From contig CAYRPF010000051.1 of the NCBI GenBank assembly GCA_964426185.1, positions 1-23,793 of the forward strand: 23,793 nucleotides of DNA, given 5' to 3'. This DNA is from an uncultured archaeon (GTDB lineage: Archaea > Asgardarchaeota > Lokiarchaeia > Sigyniarchaeales > Promethearchaeaceae). Shown piece by piece: positions 8,633-17,805 of the stretch. The notes under the pieces were generated by a model. The model saw nothing but the letters and a program-made list of their open reading frames with translations. It was not told where the DNA came from and made no database searches. Position numbers and translations under genes: made by a program. Position 1 is the first letter of the stretch, and each line of letters opens with the position of its first letter.

Positions 8633-9544
8633 CTATATTTTTTCCATTTCATTTTTCTTATCATATATAATAGGATTATGGTGAAGCAAATCTTTCATAA
8701 TTGGCAAAAGTCCAGGACAACCTGCAATCAAATCAAACCCAGTTTGAAGAGTAAAGATCTGATCACTTAAAGGAGCACCAGTGGCATCTAACAGAAAACC
8801 CCCTGCTTCCGATAGGATCAATAATCCTGCAGCGAAATCTATAATCCGCAATACTCCTCGAACATCAAAATATAAATCCATATTCCCATTAGCAATAAAT
8901 CCCAATTCTAAGGCGCAAGATCCCAGAATACGGCGTTTTGATACGGCACGAAATAAATTTTCATTCTCTACTATAAGTTCTTTGCACTTTTCAGAAGAAT
9001 CGAGATCTGTTCCCATAAAAGCTTGCGAAATATCTGAAATTGATGAACAATGTAGAGGTTTTCCATTAAGAAATGAACCTTTACCTTTTTCTGCCACATA
9101 TTCATCCCCAGTTTGAAGACTAATTAAAACACCAACTTCAATTTGAGAAATCCTCGGCTCTTTCGCTACTGCTATTGAAACACATGAAAAAGGAATCCCT
9201 CGTATGGCATTACTTGACCCATCAACAGGATCGAGTATTATATAGGAAGAAGGATATTCAGATAATGAAATCTGGCGCAAATCTTGAATGAAGGTACGTT
9301 TTTGCCCATCCCAGTTATATATTCCAATTTCTTCAGAAATCATAACAAATGGTTTTCCTATCTTTTCAAGTTCTTTAATGATTATATCTTCTGCAATTTG
9401 ATCAATCTTAGCCGTGATGTCACCACCAGCCCCTTGAGAGATAGGTTGACACGCAAATTCACTCCCGTATATCTTACTCAATTCTTTGTAAGCTTTTTTT
9501 CCAGCAGCTATCAAATAAGGAGTCCAAAATGAATTATTTACCAT
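8633..9544 (-). CDS. Archaeal bifunctional inositol monophosphatase / fructose-1,6-bisphosphatase
   Basis: GAGGD, DQIAE, ISEE, LDPVDGSSNA, RILGSCALEL, DFAAGLLILSEAGG. Confidence 0.9.
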   Translation of the reverse strand: MVNNSFWTPYLIAAGKKAYKELSKIYGSEFACQPISQGAGGDITAKIDQIAEDIIIKELEKIGKPFVMISEEIGIYNWDGQKRTFIQDLRQISLSEYPSSYIILDPVDGSSNAIRGIPFSCVSIAVAKEPRISQIEVGVLISLQTGDEYVAEKGKGSFLNGKPLHCSSISDISQAFMGTDLDSSEKCKELIVENENLFRAVSKRRILGSCALELGFIANGNMDLYFDVRGVLRIIDFAAGLLILSEAGGFLLDATGAPLSDQIFTLQTGFDLIAGCPGLLPIMKDLLHHNPIIYDKKNEMEKI

Positions 9545-9586
9545 TATTCAACCATCCAAAAAGAAAAATATCAAATAAAATTGAAA

Positions 9587-11911
9587 TTATGAAAACAACC
9601 CAGGTTCTTTAAACGGTGCTGCTGCACGCACCCGTTGCCGGGATAAAGTTTGGGAGATTTCATCATATTTTTGAAGTAAATCAGAGGTAAGTGAAGGCGG
9701 GATTTTCGAAAGAGCGAAATTTAAATGCGAAAGTTCAATTGTCTCGAAATTTTCCAATTTTTCTCGAATTGCTTGCATACCTGCCTCCCGAATAACATTT
9801 TCTAAATCAGCCCCAGAATATAATTCGGTTTTTCTAGCAATTTCAGACAGACTAACTTGAGCTTCCTCAGAGAGTGGCATTGACCGAGTATGAACTTCCA
9901 AAATTTTCTTGCGAGAGTTGAAATCCGGCGCAGGAACATACACCAATCGATCAAATCTACCCGGGCGTAACAAGGCTGGATCAAGAATATCAGGGCGGTT
10001 GGTAGATGCTACCACTATTACGCCTTTCCTATCTTCAATTCCATCCATTTCAACCAATATTTGATTTACAACCTGCATGCCTACGTTAGAACCTGAAGAT
10101 CCCATACCGCCACCGCGATTAGCTGCAATTGCATCGATTTCATCGAAATAAATAATGGAAGGTGACGCAAGTCGTGCTTTTCGAAAGATTTCTCGAATTG
10201 CTTTTTCACTTTCCCCAACCCATTTAGAGAAAATTTCCGGTCCTTTCACGGTCAAGAAATTCAACTCTGATTCGGTTGCTACGGCTTTTGCAAGAAGTGT
10301 TTTTCCACATCCAGGAGGTCCGAAAAGTAAAACACCGTTTATGGCTCTGATTCCTGCTTTTTTATAGAGATGTGGATATTTCAAAGGCCATTCTATGCTC
10401 TCCTTTAATTCTTCTTTAACACTTTCTAATCCACCTACATCTTCCCATTTGATATCTGGAACTTCTATCATTACTTCACGCATTGCACTTGGTTCTACAA
10501 GGCGTAGTGCGCTTTGAAAATCATCATCCACAATACGCAAGTCTTCGAGTATTTCTGGAGGGATAGGCTTATCTAAGTCAATCTTAGGTAAGATTTTCCG
10601 TAATGCAGAAATAGCGGCTTCACGTGCAACTGCCATAATATCCGCGCCAACAAACCCATGGGTTACACGAGCATATTCATTCAAATCCACATCTTCACCC
10701 AAAGGCATTCCACGAGTATGAATTAGAAAAATTTCTTTTCTACCATCTTGATCGGGCACTTTCAGTTCAATTTCACGATCAAAACGTCCTGGACGGCGCA
10801 AAGCTTCATCAATAGAATTTACTCGGTTAGTCGCACCGATAACAATAATTCGCCCACGGCCTTTCAGACCATCCATTAAACTTAGTAACTGAGCAACCAC
10901 GCGTCGTTCAACTTCTCCAGATACATTCTCTCGTTTTGGTGCGATAGAATCTATTTCATCAATAAAAATAATGGTTGGTGCCTTTTCTTCAGCTTCTTTA
11001 AAGATTTTCCGAAGTCGTTCTTCAGACGCTCCATAAAATTTACTCATAATTTCCGGTCCATTAATCGTAATAAATGTAGCATTTGCCTCTTGGGATACGG
11101 CTCTTGCCATTAATGTTTTACCAGTACCTGGTGGTCCATGCAGAAGAACTCCTTTTGGTGGATCAATATTAACGCGATGGAAAAGTTCGGGATGTTTTAA
11201 AGGTAATTCAACCATTTCGCGCACACGTTGAATTTCTTCTCCCAATCCACCAATATCATCATAGGTTGTAATTTCTCCCATTGAATTAGTTGCTACAAAT
11301 CCTTCTTTTATGTCAATTTTGGTGGAGTTTTGTACTTGAACAATTCCCTTAGGGCTGGTTTCAACTACAGCAAATTTTACTTCTCCAATAGATACAGTAG
11401 GACTTTTCAAGAAAGGCATCATTTCACGCAGTTCACGATAAGGTCCCTCTTGGGCTTCCTTCTTTGCTAAGTTTGAGCCGGAAATATTAATTATATCCCC
11501 AACTTTAAGGGGTTTATTAAGTAAATTTAATTTTATTTGCTGACTTGTTGAAGATAATTTTAAATCTGATTGAATCAAACTCAAAACAACCTTATTAGCA
11601 ATTTTATAATAACATTTACGTACTTTTACATACTCTCCAATGCCCACACCTGCATTTCGACGCGTTAAGCCATCAATTCGGATCACATCCTTCTCTTTTT
11701 CAGATGAAGGAAATAATATCGCCGCTGTGGTCTTCTTTCCAATAATTTCAATAATTTCTCCAGGTGTTAAACCTAATTCTCTAATAACTGATGTATCAAT
11801 TCTACACATGAACCTTCCCGCTGAAGATTTTGCAATTTCTTCAACTCGGAGAGTTTTCATCGGCCGATCATCTTCAGTCGAAGCCATTCCACTTAATGCC
11901 ATATATCTCAA
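9587..11911 (-). CDS. cdc48: CDC48/VCP/VAT AAA+ ATPase
   Basis: N-domain followed by two AAA modules: GPPGTGKT / IFIDEID / ALRRPGRFDRE and GPPGCGKT / IYFDEID / ALLRPGRFDR. Confidence 0.96.
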   Translation of the reverse strand: MRYMALSGMASTEDDRPMKTLRVEEIAKSSAGRFMCRIDTSVIRELGLTPGEIIEIIGKKTTAAILFPSSEKEKDVIRIDGLTRRNAGVGIGEYVKVRKCYYKIANKVVLSLIQSDLKLSSTSQQIKLNLLNKPLKVGDIINISGSNLAKKEAQEGPYRELREMMPFLKSPTVSIGEVKFAVVETSPKGIVQVQNSTKIDIKEGFVATNSMGEITTYDDIGGLGEEIQRVREMVELPLKHPELFHRVNIDPPKGVLLHGPPGTGKTLMARAVSQEANATFITINGPEIMSKFYGASEERLRKIFKEAEEKAPTIIFIDEIDSIAPKRENVSGEVERRVVAQLLSLMDGLKGRGRIIVIGATNRVNSIDEALRRPGRFDREIELKVPDQDGRKEIFLIHTRGMPLGEDVDLNEYARVTHGFVGADIMAVAREAAISALRKILPKIDLDKPIPPEILEDLRIVDDDFQSALRLVEPSAMREVMIEVPDIKWEDVGGLESVKEELKESIEWPLKYPHLYKKAGIRAINGVLLFGPPGCGKTLLAKAVATESELNFLTVKGPEIFSKWVGESEKAIREIFRKARLASPSIIYFDEIDAIAANRGGGMGSSGSNVGMQVVNQILVEMDGIEDRKGVIVVASTNRPDILDPALLRPGRFDRLVYVPAPDFNSRKKILEVHTRSMPLSEEAQVSLSEIARKTELYSGADLENVIREAGMQAIREKLENFETIELSHLNFALSKIPPSLTSDLLQKYDEISQTLSRQRVRAAAPFKEPGLFS

Positions 11912-11953
11912 AATAATAAAGAAATGAAAGAGTTAAAGTTTTTGGGATGATTT

Positions 11954-13009
11954 TTATAATAGTTTTCTCAAAAATAGAAATAATTTATCGGGATTAGAAA
12001 ATTTCTGATCTGTCATTTGAATCCAATGTAGAAAAAATTTCCTCTGTGAAATAAAAAATTCACTTAATGTAGAAGAAAGATTTAATTTAGAAAGCTGAGA
12101 AAAATCTGGAGGGACTTCTTTTGAAGAAACTGTTGAAAAATTCGAAGAAGTAAGTTTAGAAAGTGATGAATTATTATCGTTTATTGTTGTTTCTTTACTG
12201 CTTACATATTTCTCCATTAATAAAGCGTACAATTTTGCTTGATCTTGAAGCGAAATTTGACCTCTTATTATACGCCCCCACAAACGGCGGGTTTGCAAAT
12301 CAAGATCTTGCAACTTGGTGGTGACGGTTGATGGAGAGTGTGAAGACCCCCCATTCAAAGATTTTTGCACCTTTATTGATGATTTTGCGGATTTAATAGA
12401 GTTCTTAACAATTTGACGGATGTTGGTTTCAAGCAAAGTTAGAAAATTATTAAGATCATCGCATTTAGGTGAAAATGTCAAAGTCGGCCGATCCCATGCA
12501 TATTTTTTTCCGGGATAATCAAATTTCTCTTCAATCTTTAAGAGAACCGATGGAGGAACTTGATTCTCTTTGTTTCGTTCTTTATTCCACTTGATACATA
12601 GTTCCAATGGAGTAGAAAGATAAATAGACATATAATAAGCATGTAAATCGCCCGCAATCTTACGAATATCTTGCCGCATTGATGTTAAATAATGCAAGTC
12701 ATCTAAAATTAGAAGGGGTAACTTTTTGGAAGTAGAATTTTGTGGATGTGCATGTTGCTGGATAAATTGCTGAATAAGATGCTTTTTTTCCTTGATAACC
12801 AAGGCTTCATTCTTGGGATTAAACTCGGATCCGAACAGATTTAGGCGGAGTTTATCAGTGTCAATAACTTGAATAGGATAGCAATGTATACGAATAGATT
12901 CTTTTTGAACTATCTCTTTTGCCAGCCTACTTTTGCCGCTAGCTGGCCGTCCAATTAGGCATATTATAATAGCATTATAGTTTGTTCTGACTTTCTCCTT
13001 CGTGTTCAT
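11954..13009 (-). CDS. pstK: O-phosphoseryl-tRNA(Sec) kinase (PSTK/KTI12 family)
   Basis: CLIGRPASGKS, DTDKLR, LILDDLHYLTSMR, IYLSTPLELCIKWNKER, KFDYPGKKYAWDRP match the archaeal PSTK pattern. Confidence 0.75.
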   Translation of the reverse strand: MNTKEKVRTNYNAIIICLIGRPASGKSRLAKEIVQKESIRIHCYPIQVIDTDKLRLNLFGSEFNPKNEALVIKEKKHLIQQFIQQHAHPQNSTSKKLPLLILDDLHYLTSMRQDIRKIAGDLHAYYMSIYLSTPLELCIKWNKERNKENQVPPSVLLKIEEKFDYPGKKYAWDRPTLTFSPKCDDLNNFLTLLETNIRQIVKNSIKSAKSSIKVQKSLNGGSSHSPSTVTTKLQDLDLQTRRLWGRIIRGQISLQDQAKLYALLMEKYVSSKETTINDNNSSLSKLTSSNFSTVSSKEVPPDFSQLSKLNLSSTLSEFFISQRKFFLHWIQMTDQKFSNPDKLFLFLRKLL

Positions 13010-13307
13010 TCTGACTCTCTCCTTTACTCATACGATTTTGAAATTCATTCACCAATTCCCATTTTTTTTCCGACGATAATTGCTTAATTGCATATTCTCG
13101 CTTCATTGCCTCGCTTCGGGTGAGATAGGTCTCAAAAAAGGCTAATTCAAGCTTTTTTCCCCGAGTATAGCGTGCTCCTTTTCCTTGTTGATGTTGGGTA
13201 AAGCGGATCATTAAATCTTGGGTGGAACCTGTATATAATGAAATTTCTCCACTGCTCCGATTTATGCATTTAAGGATATACACATAATAAAGAGTCATTC
13301 TAATCAT
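12975..13307 (-). CDS. Small GIY-YIG nuclease (UPF0213/YhbQ-like)
   Basis: YYVYILKC...LYTGST.DL..RF.QH..GKGARYTRG...EAMKRE..IK. Confidence 0.92.
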   Translation of the reverse strand: MIRMTLYYVYILKCINRSSGEISLYTGSTQDLMIRFTQHQQGKGARYTRGKKLELAFFETYLTRSEAMKREYAIKQLSSEKKWELVNEFQNRMSKGESQNEHEGESQNKL

Positions 13308-13315
13308 TTGGTAAA

Positions 13316-14218
13316 TTAATTGGTATTTCGAGATGGAAGGGAAAAGAATTGTTCCGCGTTGCTGGTGGTTTGGCGTGCAACCATTTCCAAAGAAATTTCT
13401 TTTAAATTGGCAATTTCTTGTGCTCCATAAACCACATACTGTGGTTCATTGCGGGGTAGATCAGGATACGGCTTTAAGAAGGGAGAATCGGTCTCCAAGA
13501 GAATTCTATTTATTGGAACCTTTAAGGCTAAAAGTCGGTGAATTTTCTTATGCACCACAGAAGTGGGCACAGTAAACATCCAATTTTCCCGCGCTAATGC
13601 CATTTCCAAATATTTCTGCGAACCTCCAAAGCAATGAAGTAATACTCCAGGGATATCTTGATAGATATTTTCTTGTAATATTTTTAAAGCTGGTTTTTCC
13701 GCATTTCGACAATGAATGACCACTGGTTTTTCCAGTTCTACAGCCAATTCTAATTGTCGACGAAAAAAAATCTCTTGTTGCTTCCGTAGATCGGCCTCCT
13801 TAGTTTCCCAATAATCCAATCCAATTTCTCCGATTCCAACGAATTTATCCGCATTTTCTCTGATTTTTAATTCAAATTGCTCCCAGTTTGCATCCAGTTT
13901 GATTGTTTCTTCGGGATGCAACCCAACCACATGAAAAACACTGTGAAATTCGGTGGGAAATTTCAGAATAGTATTGAGATCTTTCAGATTTATGCCAATA
14001 TTGACAATTCTATTAACACGCACTTTTTTCGCTGCAGATAAAATTTGTGGAAGATCAGAGATAAGGTTGGGCCATAAAAGATGTGCGTGTGCATCTATAA
14101 AACTAACATCTGCGGGAAATTGGACAGTTTCAGGTAAGGGGGGTGTTTTTCGATTGGACAAGGCTACATTCAAACTCCTCGAAAGGTATGGAATGATTAA
14201 AATGATTTCCCATTTCAC
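13316..14218 (-). CDS. tatD: TatD family nuclease (start uncertain)
   Basis: DAHAHL, GLHP, IGEIGLDY, VIHCRNA, LHCF, LLETDSPF, RNEP. Confidence 0.93.
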   Translation of the reverse strand: MKWEIILIIPYLSRSLNVALSNRKTPPLPETVQFPADVSFIDAHAHLLWPNLISDLPQILSAAKKVRVNRIVNIGINLKDLNTILKFPTEFHSVFHVVGLHPEETIKLDANWEQFELKIRENADKFVGIGEIGLDYWETKEADLRKQQEIFFRRQLELAVELEKPVVIHCRNAEKPALKILQENIYQDIPGVLLHCFGGSQKYLEMALARENWMFTVPTSVVHKKIHRLLALKVPINRILLETDSPFLKPYPDLPRNEPQYVVYGAQEIANLKEISLEMVARQTTSNAEQFFSLPSRNTN

Positions 14219-14321
14219 TTTACTCTTAAAACAAGTTTTACGGAAATTATTAGCTGGGAATTTTAACCATTAAGATCCTTTAATTTTTTTTTAGGTAAAT
14301 CCTTTAGGATCTACAACGTAT

Positions 14322-15218
14322 TTGTTCTTAAGGGAGAGCATTGTGCCACGCGGAATAGTGATTATTGATTGGGATGCGTTTGAAGGAGGTATAATATCCT
14401 TTAAATACCCCGAAACGCTTGATGTACCAACTAACTTAGTTCAGTTACTCCAAATATCTCACACATTTAGCGAAGGATTGCTTACCATTAAAGATGGACT
14501 ATTTCATGCTGTTTCCATAGGTAATGAACCGCTTCAAAAAGTGATTGTGCTTATTCTTTCTGAATTTGAGGATGAAAATGACTTCTTTGATATAGTAAAT
14601 ACTATGAACAGCGTGGTTACTGACGTTCAAGATGATAAACAGCTGCAAAATCAATTGGTACGGGTATTTCAACTCTCTCAATCTGTCTTTAAAGCTCGTG
14701 ATGCAGTATTAACAAAATTGGCTGAAGAAATCACGGAATTGAAGAATAAAGAAATAGACATTCGCCAATCATTGGAATGGCTAATAAGACATGAAGAATC
14801 TATCGAAAGATCTATAATTTTCCTTTTAATGCGGTATGGCCCATTAGATCCAGGACATTTGCTTCCTTATCTTAATAAGTATCAACTTCAACTAAGACAG
14901 CAAAAGGACGCAATCTTGAAAAAAAATATTTCATTAAGAAAGGGTAAACCATCTACATCTTCTTCTCCAACGTCCGCTTCCACCATATCAAATTCACCCG
15001 CATCCATTTCTGCTACTATCCAGAAAGAAGCATCGATTAATTATAAACGAAGAGCAAATAGTTCAAGGGGAACACCTCTAGAAATAGAATTTCACCCACC
15101 TGCACCTATTTCCATGAAAGAATTAGATGAAACTTTGAAAAAAATGACGGAAGATAACATAATAAAACAAGATTTAGAAGGACGTTGCCATCTACTTATT
15201 CACTATGGTTTTGATTAA
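14322..15218 (+). CDS. Hypothetical protein with a uDENN/longin-like N-terminus, coiled coil and probable C-terminal wHTH; GTG at 14343 is a likely start
   Basis: PRGIVIIDWDAFEGGIISFKYP resembles the start of the uDENN/longin fold. Heptad region LTKLAEEITELKNKE; Ser/Thr-rich linker; GGGAG upstream of 14343. Confidence 0.55.
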   Translation: MFLRESIVPRGIVIIDWDAFEGGIISFKYPETLDVPTNLVQLLQISHTFSEGLLTIKDGLFHAVSIGNEPLQKVIVLILSEFEDENDFFDIVNTMNSVVTDVQDDKQLQNQLVRVFQLSQSVFKARDAVLTKLAEEITELKNKEIDIRQSLEWLIRHEESIERSIIFLLMRYGPLDPGHLLPYLNKYQLQLRQQKDAILKKNISLRKGKPSTSSSPTSASTISNSPASISATIQKEASINYKRRANSSRGTPLEIEFHPPAPISMKELDETLKKMTEDNIIKQDLEGRCHLLIHYGFD

Positions 15219-15219
15219 G

Positions 15220-15248
15220 AAGAAAAAATAGATTTTTTTTCTACTTCA
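15220..15248 (+). terminator. Probable terminator (A-rich/U-tract hairpin) after the 14322-15218 gene
   Basis: AGAAAAAA...TTTTTTTTCT immediately after the stop codon. Confidence 0.4.
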
Positions 15249-15411
15249 ATCATAGTTGAATTGCAATAAATTAATAATCCCATTTCGCTAATTCTCTTAG
15301 TTAATACCTTTCTTAGTAATAGTAAACCAATTACTATCGCTTAGTAGTTCATGGTCGAATAACACCATCATGTTAAACCGTTAATGTGCCTCTCTACAAA
15401 TTACGGAAAAA

Positions 15412-15427
15412 GCCCTAACTCACTATG
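15412..15427 (-). repeat. Copy 1 of the 16-bp element CATAGTGAGTTAGGGC (inverted relative to copy 2)
   Basis: GCCCTAACTCACTATG at 15412-15427 is the exact reverse complement of 19763-19778. Confidence 0.85.
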
Positions 15428-15449
15428 AGAAAGATTAAAAGAAGAAAAA

Positions 15450-16211
15450 TCAAGGTGCATTCAAAGATTTGATTGGAACTAAAATGGTAAAATGTGATTT
15501 GTACAGATCACCATGGCTTAATTCTGTTATTTCATCTAAAAGATCCATTTCCATGGTCCCTTCTTTCATTCTGATAAAAGTATGGTCTCGATATTTATGT
15601 TCTTCATCCACAAATACGTCCACCATTTGAATATGATCAGCATCCATATTGGGATTGAAAGAAATATTCATGGAAAATAAAATATCCGCGGTGGGATCTT
15701 CCATCAAAAAGAGAAATTTGGCTTGCTGACTGACAATCATTTCCGCTAAATCAAAAAATAATGATTCCACACCTGTAACAATTGGTTTACTAGCATTTTT
15801 ACCTTGGAGAATGCTTTGAGTATAATCTGCAACTTCGGGTGTGAGAATTTTAAAATTGCCTGGTAATAGATTCTTCCGCTCATAAGTAGAGAGAAATTTG
15901 GTAAATAAAGGAGAAGTGGCTTCGTTTAGAAACTCATCGGAAAGTTTCTTAGATTTATGATAAATCATCATTTGATTATGATAGGATAATCCAGACATTA
16001 CTTTTGTATAGTAAAAATGTTTTTCTGGATCGTACGGAAGAATAACTTTTCTCTTTGCTCCCATTCCAAGTTGTTGCATCATCGCTTCGGGGCCTCCGGC
16101 ATCTAGATTTAAAATTAATAATAAAAACTTGCGAAAATCTTCTATTTCTAAGTAATTATGAAATTCTGCAAATTTACCCACTGCAAATTGATATTTTTCT
16201 TCGGAATTCAT
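15450..16211 (-). CDS. Hypothetical protein
   Basis: 253-aa ORF with normal protein composition and no recognised motif. Confidence 0.75.
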   Translation of the reverse strand: MNSEEKYQFAVGKFAEFHNYLEIEDFRKFLLLILNLDAGGPEAMMQQLGMGAKRKVILPYDPEKHFYYTKVMSGLSYHNQMMIYHKSKKLSDEFLNEATSPLFTKFLSTYERKNLLPGNFKILTPEVADYTQSILQGKNASKPIVTGVESLFFDLAEMIVSQQAKFLFLMEDPTADILFSMNISFNPNMDADHIQMVDVFVDEEHKYRDHTFIRMKEGTMEMDLLDEITELSHGDLYKSHFTILVPIKSLNAP

Positions 16212-16285
16212 AGGATAAATAATGCGGGATCTCTTTAAAAATATAGGAAAAAATCTTGATAATTGAAGAAATCAACTTTTGAGTG

Positions 16286-16900
16286 CTAAAAATCACGTTT
16301 TACTATTGGGAGATCTTTTACATGAGTATCTATTTTCATATAAGGTAGTTTTCTTGCCAATAAGGGAGATTCTCGGTTATCAATCCAGTATTCTAATAAT
16401 ATTGTTGGCATGCAGCCACCATATTCTGCAAAGTATCTCACTCGATGATGTCCATCATGACAAACGTAATTGTATCGGCCATCATCTTTAATTAACCAAA
16501 TAATTACAGGAGGGATTGGTTTATTTGTTTTTTGTATGTATGGTATCGCCGCTTTCAACATTTCATAAGTATCATAATCTAATGTGTCTTCATTTGCCCA
16601 AACTAAATTAGGATTGACATAAGTTTGTTTCCAACTTAAGCCAGTTCCTTCAAAAAGGGGGAGTTGTAGTTGCATAATGACTTTTTTAATGCCTCGTTCA
16701 ATATTAAAATCAACGCCCCACATGCTGTGTTGTATAAAGGAAAGATAAGCTAATTCAGGCACCATCGGATCTTTTTCACGCAGAAACATTTTTCGAATGT
16801 CATTTATGGTGAAATGTTTCATGTGTTCAACTGTGAACTCTTCTACATTAATATATTGCCAGTTAATATTTGGTGGATGTGATGCCATTATTCTTTCCAT
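16286..16900 (-). CDS. ParB/sulfiredoxin-like domain protein
   Basis: IPPVIIW...YVCHDGHHRVRY; no HTH follows. Confidence 0.72.
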   Translation of the reverse strand: MERIMASHPPNINWQYINVEEFTVEHMKHFTINDIRKMFLREKDPMVPELAYLSFIQHSMWGVDFNIERGIKKVIMQLQLPLFEGTGLSWKQTYVNPNLVWANEDTLDYDTYEMLKAAIPYIQKTNKPIPPVIIWLIKDDGRYNYVCHDGHHRVRYFAEYGGCMPTILLEYWIDNRESPLLARKLPYMKIDTHVKDLPIVKRDF

Positions 16901-16989
16901 CTTTATTTCTTAATTTTTTCTTTTTTTATCTCAACTTTCTTTTTTTTTTCCACTCTCTTTTTTTTTCAATTTTTTCTTACAAATTTTTC

Positions 16990-17562
16990 TTATGAGATGA
17001 TTACTGAAAAATCTCGAGTTCGAGAAACGGGTAAATCTATCACTCGCTTTTGAATTTGAAACGCATATCTAAATTTGTCTTCCACGATATTATAATTTCC
17101 AATAGGTTCGAGCAATACCACTTGAACTCTTTTACGTATTCGATGATAAAAATAGGCTCTATGATGCCCATCATGTATAATCATCCGCATCTTTTGAGAA
17201 TCAAAAAAGTTCCAGACTACTATTGGAGGAAATTGATCTCCGATACTTTGGATATATTTATAAGCGGCTTCAACCATTACAAGTTTGGCGCTTTCTAATC
17301 CATCTTGTGAAGCCCAAAGAAATGCCGGTTCCACATATTTCAAACTAACGATGACGTCTCGTTCTTTTACATTTAACTGTTGGCATGCATATTTTTTCAA
17401 ATTTTCTGGAGATTTTCCCGTTAACCAATGCGTTCGTCTAAGAAACGCTTCGTAACCCACTTTGTTTTCAATAGGATTTTTCGAGATCAATAATTGATAG
17501 ATTTCTTTGGGGCTTTTAATTGGTTCATTTGAAGATAAAAACGGGGCTGGTGGAGGCATCAA
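16990..17562 (-). CDS. ParB/sulfiredoxin-like domain protein, paralog of the downstream gene
   Basis: FPPIVVW...IIHDGHHRAYF. Shares P..L/VWA, PYIQ/KYIQ and V.DLP motifs with 16286-16900. Confidence 0.72.
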   Translation of the reverse strand: MMPPPAPFLSSNEPIKSPKEIYQLLISKNPIENKVGYEAFLRRTHWLTGKSPENLKKYACQQLNVKERDVIVSLKYVEPAFLWASQDGLESAKLVMVEAAYKYIQSIGDQFPPIVVWNFFDSQKMRMIIHDGHHRAYFYHRIRKRVQVVLLEPIGNYNIVEDKFRYAFQIQKRVIDLPVSRTRDFSVIIS

Positions 17563-17805
17563 CTAACTTCCTTTGCAGATTTAATGAGATAATAATTGAG
17601 AAATTTACATAATATTTGTTTTTTCTCTTTATTAGCTTATTTAAGCATTTTTTCGATTTTCACTCTTCTGTCATGTAATTAATATAGAATAAAGAGTTAA
17701 TCCAATAACTGTTAATTCTGATATAATTCTGAGCAAAAGTTTATATTATTCTCTTAACTGGGCGATTTATTCTGATTTAATGCCGTGAAAGAGAAAATAA
17801 TACAA

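Noticed and set aside
12975-13307. GIY-YIG protein as a homing endonuclease or mobile intron marker
   Set aside because: Stand-alone UPF0213-size protein within an operon; no interrupted host gene.
15345-15375. SECIS element on the minus strand
   Set aside because: The helix above the AUGA/GA core is only 4-5 bp with no apical AA. The upstream gene's TGA is followed by TAA within 5 codons, so Sec readthrough is implausible.
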